Under the pieces are notes generated by a model, which searched no databases, had not been told where the DNA came from, and saw only the letters and a list, made by a program, of their open reading frames with translations. This document shows, piece by piece, positions 17,531-29,700 of a DNA stretch of 64,000 nucleotides (the first letter of the stretch is position 1; each line of letters starts with the position of its first letter). The position numbers were made by a program, and so were the translations under genes. Source of the stretch: a virus (taxonomy: Duplodnaviria > Heunggongvirae > Uroviricota > Caudoviricetes); IMG/VR virus record IMGVR_UViG_3300048593_000385. One strand, 5' to 3'.

Positions 17531-18818
17531 AGATACCGAAGCGACCCCGCATCGCAGCGTAATTTCTTGCTGATTCTTCTGCAGATAGGTTTTTGTTGTA
17601 GACCATGATGCGAGAAAGTTTGCCTGTCATATTCCAATCTGTGCCATAACCAAACCAATCGAACTTTGTCCATCCTGTGAAGTCAACACCTTTTGCTTCC
17701 CACATGTGATAGTTACCGTCTCGATAATCAACAGGAGTTTCTGGATTTGTGACAGTATTGAGATCGACGTAGTTTGTTGGAGAGCCAACACCACTATGAT
17801 AGTAGGGATTGCCGTAGGAGGCAGACAGATATACTCCGCCCGAATCATTCCCTCGAACCCAAAGTTCTTGGCCATCAGTTGTCGCATACCACAAAACAAC
17901 AGTGCACGTTGAGCTTACACCTGCCAAGGCTCCACTTCTCGTAATCCAGTTTGATTGTGTGATATCAAATTTTCTCGGAGAAGAGGAGTTAGGAATATAA
18001 TAACCTGACAGATAGTGATGGTTGCCTCGACCACTATTATCATATAGAGCAGATGGACTTCTTTGTAATAATTCTCTGATAGAAGGTTCATTGCCGTCGC
18101 ACACATCCATTCTCGGATAGGCGAACTGCAGTCTTGTGGTGTTGTCATTAGAATAATAATGATATGTGCGGTGTCGCCCAACTGTACTATCAGCTAGCCA
18201 CTGTAGATCAGACCCGATATTACAAAAGTTTACATTGCGAACTTTTTTGTTGCCACCAGCAATAGTATAAACACCAGTATCAGGGTGAGCGCCTGTATAT
18301 GTTGTTCCCGCAGGATAAACGTGGCCAGTAACTAAATACCATACGTTTTGATCTAAACTGCCTGCTCCAACACAATCCCAATATGGGTTGCCTTCTATGG
18401 ATCCATTATCATTGCGTCTTATCCCATATGTACCACCACTTGCATTCAATCCAAAGTAAAAAGTGCCAGCGCCAGTTGAGGATGTCCTTTTCGCCCACAC
18501 AGAAAATCTATATAATTTTGATTTATCGATATTGGAATAATCTGCATTCCAACCACCATCGGCGTTGTTATCTCCCGAAGAAAATGTTCCCCATATCATA
18601 TTAGAATTGCCAAATGGATCTGTTGCTATGGATCTCGAGTTTTCATTAGCTGTTGTTTCGTTCAACCCATACCCTGTAACAGCGTTATTACCAGCAACCC
18701 ACGCACTTGTATTGATCAGTGACGTGTTTGCAGCATCTACAAATGACTTTTGGTTCGATATGTCAAGATCTAAAATCAGACCATCAGTTACGATTTTTGG
18801 ACCCGAATGACTACCCAT
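17529..18818 (-). CDS. LamG/concanavalin-A-like domain virion protein, 429 aa
   Basis: N-terminal GPKIVTDGLILDLD; C-terminal RIMVYNKNLSAEE..RNY..RGRFGI typical of LamG-type phage proteins. Confidence 0.7.
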   Translation of the reverse strand: MGSHSGPKIVTDGLILDLDISNQKSFVDAANTSLINTSAWVAGNNAVTGYGLNETTANENSRSIATDPFGNSNMIWGTFSSGDNNADGGWNADYSNIDKSKLYRFSVWAKRTSSTGAGTFYFGLNASGGTYGIRRNDNGSIEGNPYWDCVGAGSLDQNVWYLVTGHVYPAGTTYTGAHPDTGVYTIAGGNKKVRNVNFCNIGSDLQWLADSTVGRHRTYHYYSNDNTTRLQFAYPRMDVCDGNEPSIRELLQRSPSALYDNSGRGNHHYLSGYYIPNSSSPRKFDITQSNWITRSGALAGVSSTCTVVLWYATTDGQELWVRGNDSGGVYLSASYGNPYYHSGVGSPTNYVDLNTVTNPETPVDYRDGNYHMWEAKGVDFTGWTKFDWFGYGTDWNMTGKLSRIMVYNKNLSAEESARNYAAMRGRFGI

Positions 18819-19021
18819 TATACTTCACAATCCTTACAAGGTTGACGCCATTTAGATTCGGCGGTTATGGCGCTCAATTCGCTGTCTTCATAAAAGGCAA
18901 TACATTCTATTGGTGTTTCTGATCGCACGAGTGCTACAGTGCCATCAGCAGAAATAATTATTTCAGAAGCTCCGACAGCATGTGCAGCTGGTATATCTGT
19001 TGTTGAAATTTCGTAGATCAT
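18818..19021 (-). CDS. Small hypothetical protein, 67 aa
   Basis: Translationally coupled on both sides. Confidence 0.65.
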   Translation of the reverse strand: MIYEISTTDIPAAHAVGASEIIISADGTVALVRSETPIECIAFYEDSELSAITAESKWRQPCKDCEV

Positions 19022-20205
19022 ATACCGTACCTTCCTCTAAGAGCATTGAAGTTTTGTTGGACTTCTGCAGCAGTCAATCCTCGATTGTAAATTGCTACTT
19101 GGTGTATTCTGCCATTAAAACATTGACCTGCTGCATGTTGAGACATACCAATGTAAAGATTTGCCGAAGGATTCACATCTGCGGTAAACCCTATTTGAGC
19201 TTGATACGCACCATTGACATAAAAATTGAGTAGACTGCCGTTTCGGACAAAATCTAATTTATACCACACTCCCACAGTAGGCGCAAACGCAAAGTTACCC
19301 CATAAACTTCCCATAGAGTATATGTTAATGATATTTGTCTCGTGCCTGATCAACAAAGTGCTGGTCCAAGAACCATTTTCAAAAATTGTTCCTAATGATG
19401 CGATAGCATTAAGATTGACCCAACAAGAATATGACCAATCTGTTGTCCGATGTATCAAATTGGTATTTGGTGCACTTATAAAGTTAGTAGACCCGTTAAA
19501 ACTAAATCCGTTTGCTGCATATGTGACACTATTGGCTGTGATAGTAGTTTTACTGACAGGATCGAGGAGTGTTTGTGTGTTTGATCTTGTGCCTGTAGTA
19601 TAAGAAGCGACATGAACACTGTCGTTGCGATCTTCTTTAAATGGACCAGCCCAAAATATTACAATTGGCACGTTTAGAGTAGCAGTTGCTGGATTGATGG
19701 CCCAGTATTTACCATCGACTCGCGTTGTAGTGTCATACCATATAACCTCTCCTCTTGACCATCCTCCGCCCATGGGCACAGATCGATCAGACCCCAATGA
19801 ACCAGCACCCCATCCAGCAATATTACTGTAGTTGGTAAACAAAGGGACAGAATGCATAGGGACAGTAGACTTGTAGAATATTCCATGACCTGTATATCGA
19901 TTGGCCAATCCACCACCGCCACTAGTCACTACACCAATACCAGGATTGTTTCCTGCTGTAAGATAACTGACACCAGTTGCAGTTGTAGGAGTTAGCGTTA
20001 GCCTCCACACAACAGCACCACGATAATATTCGGTTGTAGAAACTAATGTTGCTGTGACATGCGCAGGAACATTGTTGTAAATGCTCATGCTAGTATCGAG
20101 CAGATTAGTTGTCGGCGCTCCACGGTATGACTTCTCGGTGTTACCTATGTCATAAGCAAGCGTCAATCCATTTGTGACTATCTTAGGAGAGTGATTCAGT
20201 CCCAT
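19018..20205 (-). CDS. LamG/concanavalin-A-like domain virion protein, 395 aa
   Basis: SPKIVTNGLTLAYD; FSFNGSTNFI, WSYSCWVN, FNGRIHQVAIYNRGLTAAEVQQNFNALRGRYGI. Confidence 0.78.
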   Translation of the reverse strand: MGLNHSPKIVTNGLTLAYDIGNTEKSYRGAPTTNLLDTSMSIYNNVPAHVTATLVSTTEYYRGAVVWRLTLTPTTATGVSYLTAGNNPGIGVVTSGGGGLANRYTGHGIFYKSTVPMHSVPLFTNYSNIAGWGAGSLGSDRSVPMGGGWSRGEVIWYDTTTRVDGKYWAINPATATLNVPIVIFWAGPFKEDRNDSVHVASYTTGTRSNTQTLLDPVSKTTITANSVTYAANGFSFNGSTNFISAPNTNLIHRTTDWSYSCWVNLNAIASLGTIFENGSWTSTLLIRHETNIINIYSMGSLWGNFAFAPTVGVWYKLDFVRNGSLLNFYVNGAYQAQIGFTADVNPSANLYIGMSQHAAGQCFNGRIHQVAIYNRGLTAAEVQQNFNALRGRYGI

Positions 20206-20220
20206 GCTATCTCTTCTCTA

Positions 20221-20778
20221 TTAAACATAACACGTTCCATTCCACGAACGTTTCACAATTCTGACATTCCTCAAACTGCCAAATGGATCGGGAGAATAAA
20301 ACGAACTGTCGAAATATACAGTTTGCCCAGTCCCTTTATTGGCTGAGTATAACAATGTAGATCCATTGTAGTGTCGGATATAACCATCAGTATCGTATAC
20401 TATATAAAATTTCTTATTTTGGTCCCATGCAATACCTGTTGATAATCCTGATCCATTGTTATAGATGTAATAATCGTTCTGCGTAAAAGGATATGAAGCC
20501 CAGTCTATACTAGAGTAGCTTGCATCTGTAGTAGGATCTGCATTCCAACCGACCATTGTATATGATAGACCATTATCCCCAGCTGCAGCCTTTTTATTAA
20601 ATTCTATAGTGCATGGTGCTGTGAATGGAAGTAAAGAATACGCATGTGTGTCCCACCCGTTAGCGCCAACCTTTGTCATGGTTGCCATCGTGCCATTGTA
20701 CGTTATATCCAAAGTTTGACCTGCTTTGTCATAAATTACTGTTTCTGCTGTTACAGTTGGCCCATAAGCAATTCCCAT
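20221..20778 (-). CDS. Virion-associated beta-sandwich protein, 185 aa
   Basis: N-terminus MGIAYGPTV resembles those of the two LamG neighbours; aromatic- and beta-rich. Confidence 0.55.
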   Translation of the reverse strand: MGIAYGPTVTAETVIYDKAGQTLDITYNGTMATMTKVGANGWDTHAYSLLPFTAPCTIEFNKKAAAGDNGLSYTMVGWNADPTTDASYSSIDWASYPFTQNDYYIYNNGSGLSTGIAWDQNKKFYIVYDTDGYIRHYNGSTLLYSANKGTGQTVYFDSSFYSPDPFGSLRNVRIVKRSWNGTCYV

Positions 20779-20780
20779 GA

Positions 20781-23700
20781 TTAAAACTCCACTACCAGCT
20801 TCTCGACATCCTTACGCTCAGCAAACACTGTATAGAAACAATCGATGTTTTCGCCGCCAACAACAATATAGTCATCAGCAATATGCTCAACAAACAATTC
20901 TTGATGCTTGCCGACTGGTGTCAGATTGACTGTATACGTATCCTGATCAACAAGACCTTCCCAGTAATCAGGAAGATGGATAATAGTTTCGCCAGCCTTC
21001 AGTCTGCCACGAACATATACACCATTTTCTGGACCTTCGAGCGATCCGTAGCGCAGTTTCATATCTGGCTTGGTCGGGTGATCAATAACGAACGACTTGG
21101 TAGTAGCAGCGAACGATCCGTTGACTTCTAGTTTGTAGCCAGGAGTTGTGGTGCCGATACCGACATTCTGATTCGACTTAATGAACAAACCAGTGGTGCC
21201 GTTTGTTATTAGGGCAAGTGATCCGCTTGTTGGAGATGCGAATGTTTGGGTGGTTCCGTCGCTGTATCCAGAAGTCCACGATATGTAACCGCCACTACCG
21301 AAAGTCATGGTATCAGCAAAGTAACTCTGTCCATTAACATTAAGTTTATATGCACCTGGAGCTGTCGTACCGATACCAACGTTGCCGCTTGTTCTAGTAA
21401 CGTTAATTGCGTTGACAACAACCGAGTTTTCAACAGTCCCAAAGGTAAATAAGTCCGCTGCACTATCATATCGTATGATACCGCCATATGCTGTGGTATC
21501 AAATTCACTGATAAAGATATCTCGTGTTCCGGTGCCGCCAGAGCCACCATCAAGTCTCAATAATGTTCCAGCACTACCAACGACGTGTAGTTTGTTTGCT
21601 GGAGTTATGGTGCCGACGCCGACGTTGCCGTTATAACCAACAGACATATAAACGGTAGGTGTCGCCCCGCCTGTATTATTGATTGCAAAATCTATTCTTG
21701 TATCGGTGCTGGAATTCCAATAAGGTGTAATCAGTGCTCGATACGTTGTATTCGAATCGTATCGCATCGTAATACCAGCACCCTGTGTGCTGCCGATATC
21801 GAGCATTGTGCCTGGAGCTGTCGTGCCGATACCAACTTTACCATCATATTGGATAGTAAGTTTGGAATCTGTCAGTGTAGCAGAGCCACCGTCAGCAGCT
21901 CCATCGTTCAGAATATGAATCTTACCTCTTGCAGAACCGTCTTCTCTTTCAAAAACAATAGCAGATTTTCTATAGTTCTGGTTTGCAGATTCTGAGTAAC
22001 CGAAGTGAATACCAGACCAAACTCCAGTGCTTATAGGCGACCCGAAGCTAGCTTGAAAATTAGTAGCATTGCCGTTATTGACATCAAGCTCATATTGAGG
22101 AGTTGTGGTGCCGATACCGAAGTTGCCGCTGGCGGAAATTACTTGGTAGATGGTTCCATTAAGCGATACAGAATATCCACCATTGGACACGCCTGAAATC
22201 GAAGGGTTGAGATCGACGTAGTTGCCACTAGCAAAGTTCGTGTTCATACGGATGGCATTTGTGCCGCCTGATGATTGATATGTTTCTAGTCTGGCGCCAG
22301 GAGAAGTCGTTCCAATCCCTACGTTGCCGCTGGCGTCGATGCGCATACGTTCAGCGCATGCGCCGTTTCCGCCGCCACCATTTGTGTAAAACCGCATATG
22401 GCTAGAAGTACTTGCGGAAGGGTTGTTTTGAATAACAGCGATTCTGCCCATATATGAGTTTGTGGCGCTTTGATCTCCGAAAACAATTCCACCTGCCGAC
22501 GTTGGGTTTGAGGATGTACCTCCAGATGTAATACCATAAATGTTTATGTTACCTACTTCGGGATCACCAAACTGGAATGTTGGCCTCACGGTCAGCATAG
22601 TTGTCGGAGTCGTTGTACCTATGCCGACGAAGCCATTATCTTGAAGTGTCATAACTGTAACGTTAGGCAAACTGGAGTTGTCTGTTACCGATTTGAGATT
22701 AATATCAAGTCTTGAAAATGGATTTGACCCGCCACCAGTTTGCCATCTACCGAGAGCAAACGATGCACCTTCCCTCCACACGGAGGCGGATCCTTCTCGA
22801 GTGAGAGTAAGTATAGTTTCAACGCTAGCTGCATCTCCAGTCAACGGAGCTGCGCTTCCAAATATTTGCAACTTAGACTGAGGGCCAGTCGTACCAATCC
22901 CAACGTTGCCGCTGCCGTCGATGCGCACACGTTCTGTTGTGCCTGTGCGGAATGCATGAACACTCGCATCTATATTAAGAGCTTGATATGCCGATGTACT
23001 GCGGTTATATGACTGAATAACACCAGTAGGTAAAATTTCAATACCACCAGCGCCAGCATTACTTACAACAAAAGGCTGTTGTGGCGAAGTCGTACCAATC
23101 CCGACATTGCCGTTGGCGCTAACTCTTACTCTATTCACCCAGTTGGCATGACTTACAGTGCCACTAGTATAATAACCCATATCAACTATTGGATTATTGC
23201 CAGTGTAATCGCCTACCAATCTCAAACCAGCAGTAGACTGGTCCATACCAATACCACTGTAATTACCATAAGTGCCAACAAAGAGAGGGTTGTTTGGCAC
23301 TGTGCTTCCAAAGTTTAGAGCAATTGCTGTTGTATTACCAACAACATCTAATCTCGACCCAGGAGTTGTCGTGCCTATACCAACTCTATTATTGACACCA
23401 TCGACAAAAAGAACACCAGAATCAAAGTTAGCATTTGCTCCAAAGGTTGCAACACCACCAACTTGAAGTGTAGTCGATACGTTAGCAAATCCAGTAAGGG
23501 TGGTGTTACCAGCAGCTACTGTGCCACCAACTTGAAGTGTAGTAGATACGTTAGCAGATCCAGTAATCGTTGTATTACCAAGCCCAACAGTGCCTGCAAC
23601 GGTTAACTTGCTGCCAGGAGAAGTCGTACCAATTCCGACGTTAGCCCCACTTGTAGGCGCCAAATGGATATTACCACCCCAAAACGCAGTGGCGCTGGCA

Positions 23701-26700
23701 TTAGTGGTATATGTGTTCACCCATTGAAGTTGTGATGCATTGCTGATAGTGGCAACTTCAGTTGATCTATATCGAACATCGATAGTAGCTACCGTGTATT
23801 GTGGAAGATCAATCAGAACAGGAATGTAGTTGATAGTTCCTGATACTAATACTTCTGTGCCGAGATACAGCTTGTGCATCTGAGTGCCAGCCGCTTCAAC
23901 ACAGTACGCAGTGCCTGCATCTACTTGGTTATAATTGATAATCCATCTAGTCTTGCCGCCACGATAGTACTGATTGTAAATAGTCACTTCTAGATACTGA
24001 GTAGACCAGTTTACTGTGTCGCGTGAAATTCTACACAGTTCGTATGTAGTATTATTCGCGCCTTGGCCACCTGCTGTAAGAGAATAGAGCTTGCCAGTGG
24101 TTGCTGTTCCGACGCTGATTGTATTGACTACAGCAGAACCGTTTACTTCCAACGTTGCGTTTGGAGTAGTCGTGCCAATTCCGAAATTGCCATTTGCAGC
24201 GACACGCATGCGTTCTGTATTATTGGTAAACAACATCAGCGGATTATTGCTAACAACACCAACAGCTGCAACTGAGCTGCCGAAATTGTCGTTCATTCTA
24301 AGATCTCGACCACCACCATTAGATTGGAACTGATCAGATGTTCTGACCATACCAACAACATCTAATTTTGCCCCAGGACTTGTCGTGGCAATCCCGATGT
24401 TTCCGTTGCCAGCATCAATGCGCATTCTTTCAGTAGTGCCGCCAGCATAGAATCTTAAATGGCCAGCTGTTGTGCCTGTATTATTGTATCCAATATACAT
24501 TCCATCTTGCATGCTACTTGAATTATTTCTAATTACTCTGCTGTTAATATATACATCAGTGCCAGCATTGTCAATAACCGACACTCCACCAAATTTCAAA
24601 GAACTGGTGAAATTTATGGCGCCTGTAACAGATAACTTGTCCGCAGGAGTAGTGTTCCCTATTCCGACGTTGCCGTTAGCAGCGACACGCATACGCTCAC
24701 TACTTCCGCCTGTATAAATACTCACAATACCAGCAGCTTCCCCAGCTGTAATATTGAGAGCACCAGTAGAAATACCTATACCATATGTTGGTGTAGCGCC
24801 GCTTGACCATAGAGCAATTTTATTGATAAGCTGCGCCAGCGTTGAGGGTGTGCCATTATAATAGGTATTGTTTAGGTCGAGTATCGTATTTGGCGCAGTC
24901 GTCCCAATCCCGACATTGCCTGTGTTAGAGATGCGCATGCGCTCACTGCCAATGTGGAATGTTAATTCTGTACCAGAACCACCATAAAGAGCGTTTACTC
25001 CACCTACTGATCCAATACCAATAGTTCTTGTAGATGTTCGATACTGAAGGCCATCGCCATCTAGACCAACAACGTCAAGCTTTACACTAGGTGTTAATGT
25101 ACCAACACCAACTCTATTGTTCGTGCCGTCTACGAAAAGAACACCAGAATCAAAGTTAGCATTTGCTCCAAAGGTTGCAACACCACCAACTTGTAGAGTC
25201 GATGTGATGTTAGCAAAGCCAGTAAGAGTAGTGTTACCAGCAGCTACTGTGCCATTAACCGACAATTTGTGGGCTGGTGTTGTATTACCAATCCCCATGT
25301 TGCCTGTCGCTGCTTGAATCCTTACTTTCTCGGTAATAATATCTGCGGTGTCTTGCGTATGGAATGCCAGACCCGAAACGTTGAGTCCTTCGTATACAGC
25401 TACGATTCTGCCTCTATCTCTTGTTTGGTTGTCGCCGATTCCGCCGCTAAAGACAATAGCTGGGCCACTTCCATTTGCCGCAGAGGCAGCATTATTGACG
25501 CTTTCGAATTTGCTGGTTAATCTTAAAACGTCATCTACTGTTGAATTGTTTGCAGGCACCACATAGGCATGAAGTCTTGTCGCAGGAGTTGTCGTACCTA
25601 TACCAACTCTATTGTTCGTTCCGTCTACGAAAAGAACACCAGAATCAAAGTTCGCATTTGCTCCAAAGGTTGCAACACCTCCGACTTGCAACGTAGTTGC
25701 TACGTTAGCAAAGCCAGTCGTCGTAATACCCGTACTGTTGGCAACGAATGCAGCATTAGCAATGCTTGCATAGTCAGAACCATATGTTGCTGTTAAGTTA
25801 TTGACGTTAGATGCGTTAAATCCGCTTAATCTAAGCAACGCTTGGTTTTGATACCCACCTGATATACTTGCATACGCAGTTGCATTCGTTCCAGGGAAGC
25901 TGTCGAATAAATTTACCGCATGCGTATAGTTACCGCCTCTGATATTGAGCAAGTCATTCCCAGTAGCAGCAGATGTGATAAAATTACCTGGCTGAGCTCC
26001 AGTTTTAACTATAACATTGGTAGTGGTAACAGCTGTACTGTTTGCAGAGGTAAATACGGTGCTATTACCAATCTGCGCTGTAGATGTAACGTTAACAAAC
26101 CCAGTAATTGTAGTGTTGCCAGCGGCAAGAGTAGTAATACCAGAAGCAGCACCAGTAGCTACAAGAGAAGATATTGCTAGTGGCTGGCCGTTTGTTGTCC
26201 AGCGATCATTGGTTTCATCCCATAGGAACTGTACGTTCGCAGATGTTCCGCGCATAATCTCCATACCAGCATCCTGCGTAGGAGGATTGGCACCGAGATC
26301 AGCATTGAGAGTGACGATATTATCACCAACGTCGAGCGTCGTAGTGTTGACGTATGTTCTCGTACCAGATACTGTAAGATTTCCTGATACTGTGAGGTCG
26401 CCAGACAGCGCAAGCGATGTAAGTGATAATGCCGAGTTAACATGGATACCAGTCGTATTCACAGTTAGCGTATTGCCAGCTACGACACCAAGGGTTCCAG
26501 TAGATGTAATTGTTCCGCCCGTCAGACCGTTAGCGGTTGCGATAGATGTTACCGTGCCAAGATACTGATCAGCCGAACTAATAATGATGTGGCTGGCATT
26601 TGATGATACGTTAGAAGTACCTGCACCAGTAAACGTCACATTGTCATTAGAGTTACTCGAGTCTTTCAATCTCAGTATGCCAGCATTGACCGCAGTGTTC

Positions 26701-29700
26701 GCTACAGCAAGAAGGTCATACGTTGTATTGGTGTCGTCGTCAGCAGCCCAATATGTGGCGCTGCCATTACTGTGAAGCACTTGTCCAGCAGTACCAAATC
26801 CACCATTGGCAGAAAGGCCAACTGAACCGAGAATTACGTTGCCATAAAACGCTCCTCCGCTTCTTGGCATCGCAGCATGCGACCAACCATCCGATGCATA
26901 ATCATATGCCCAAATGTGATCAATTCTTGTGGAAGTGTTCGCTCCCATTGTGAATTTGATCGCTGTTGTTCCATTTCCAGCATTTCCTGGAATAGGAACT
27001 TGCAATTGACTCAAGGTGTAGGCTGGTATAAATGTGTTAGAATAACATGACACCCATGCGCCGTTTGATAGAGCCTCAATAGTAAGAGAAGTTGGAGCCC
27101 ATGCGCCTGATCCGAAACTAATACCTATGAAAGAACCGTATTGTAACGTATTTGGAAGATTAGTAAATTCTAGAACCGTATTGGCTGTGGTGTTTGCAAA
27201 CCCTGATACCACGGTCGGAGTTGCATCAAACATTGTATCGAAATTAGAATTGGATAATGTCACATTGGTATTTGCACCCAATAGCATTCCTCTTAGTCTT
27301 CCGTTCGCAAGATCATTAGTCAAGAATGGATGCGAAGTGATTCCAGCTTCAGGGCTATATCCAAGCACGCCTGTAATATATCCAGTTCCAGCAGACAAAT
27401 CTTGAATAAACGTGGAATTAGACGATATTCTTATCCCAGTAGAGTTTGCGACAAAAGAATTGCCAACAGCAAACGAAGAAATCGATAATGCCGAGTTAAC
27501 ATGAATACCATTGGTATTGACTGTCAGAGTCGAACCAGTTGTTACGCCCAGAGTTCCTGATGTCGTGATTGTTCCGCCCGAAAGACCGTTGGCAGTAGCA
27601 ATAGATGTAACTGTTCCTCCAGAGTTATCATCTGATGCCCAGTAAGTGGCGCTACCATTACTGTGGAGTACTTGTCCAGCAGTACCAAATCCACCATTGG
27701 CCGAAAGACCAGAAGATCCGAGCACAACGTTAGCCGAGAATGTAGTAATTCCACTGACCTGTAGGGTGTTTGCGACGTTAGCGAATCCAGTAATCGTAGT
27801 GTTGCCAAGTGCGGCAGATCCAGCAGCATAAACATCACCAACTTTATTCACACGATATACTAATGTTGCGCCAGACCATGCACCAAAGTGCATAGCATTA
27901 TTAGAAGTGCCTGTCCAAGAAGTTTCTGCTAAACTAGAGCGATACGATACTGCTATTAGATTAGCAGAAGCTCCGACTGGAGTATTAAGATTATAACTAG
28001 AAAGAATACCTGAAAGCAAACCATTAGAAGAACTATTGCTTCTAGCATCGGTTGTTGTTATAACAACGTGGTCACCAGCCGCTGCTACTTGGTTAAATGG
28101 CGAATCTGTAGTGAATGAAAACGGCGTGCTCCATGCTGCACCAGCACCTCTAAAATATAATCTTTGGCCAGTCACCAAAGCCATGTCTTGTGCCGAGTAT
28201 ATTCTAGCTTTTAAAAATTCAGTTCCAACACCGCCATTAGCAGATGAGTTAGCTGTAGATATTGTTATTGTGGCTGAACCGCTGCCAGTATTAGAAACAA
28301 TTAATGCGCCATTGCTTAACGTAGCGTTTCCGCTCAAAACATTAAAGTTACCATCGACAGCAAGACGGCTGGTTGGCGCAGTAGTACCAATCCCAACGTT
28401 ACCAGTTGTCGTGATGCGCATTTTTTCGGTGCCGCTAGTATAAAAGGCAGCGATGCCAGAGGTATTAGAAGCATTAAAAATGGATGAAATTGGACCAGGA
28501 TCAATAGGGCCAACGTATGCATCATTTGCAGCATTTATACCAAGCATACGCACAGTTGTGCCGTTGGAAGTTACCGAGCGAATATAAGTGGCATTGTTTG
28601 CTAGTCGAATATCGCCGCCAAATACATCTAGTTTATAAGATGGTGAAGTCGTGTCAATACCAACTCTATTGTTCGTGCCATCGACAAAGAGAACACCAGA
28701 ATCAAAGTTAGCATTCGCAGAGAATGTCGCTACACCACCGACTTGTAAAGTAGATGTTACGTTAGCAAAGCCAGTAATGGTTGTGTTACCAGCAGCTAAG
28801 GTTGTAATCCCGCTAAGTGCTTGGGCAGCGCTTGTTGATTGGACTGCAGTAGTTCCAATGAACAAATTGGGGAGTCGAGCAAACGCTACTGTCCCTGATG
28901 CAAGATTAGTCGCATTGGCAGCAACAGCGACAGCGTTAGAGTAAGCAGTGCCAGCTTTTGTGCTGGCGTCAGTAGCAGCAACAGCAACAGCATTTGTATA
29001 AGCGGTCGCTGCGTTTCCTGTGATTTGACCTTGAATCGTGGCAAGAGATGAACCACCAAAGTTTGTAGCGTTGTTTGATGTGCCGCTGTATGAAGTTCCA
29101 TTAATAGAACCAAATACGCTCGTGTTACCGAGATATACTGTATTTGCCTGGAAGTTAGCAATTCTAAACGTGCTATTAGATGTATCAATAAAGACAGAAG
29201 TGTCTGGTTCTGGATCATAGTTATCAAAAACTTTAAAGACACCATCTGTAGCATCTCTGAAGAAACCACCATGGTGATAGGTGCCATCATTGTATCCGAA
29301 CGCAAAACCAAGATCTGGATTTGATTCAGTCTTACCACGAGCACTACCACCAGACACATATGATGCTGTGTTAGTATTAGATACCTGAAAATGAGTAGCA
29401 TTGGCAGCAAGAATGTTTAGATATGTACCATTATACGAAGTAGGATTCACACTAATTACTGATACATCCCATCCTGCAGAGTAATTATTATTTGCAGTAA
29501 ATGTGACTACAGAACCGTTTCCAGAAACGTTAGTAATGGTTGCGGACACACCTTGATTCATATAGATCATGTTATCAGTGATGGAAAGGGTGTTTCCTCC
29601 AAGCACTGTTTGCGTACCAGTAACTGTAATGTTTCCAGATACGGTGATGTTAACGAATTCGACACTATCAGATGTTTTAACGTTTTGATTCATGCGATAT

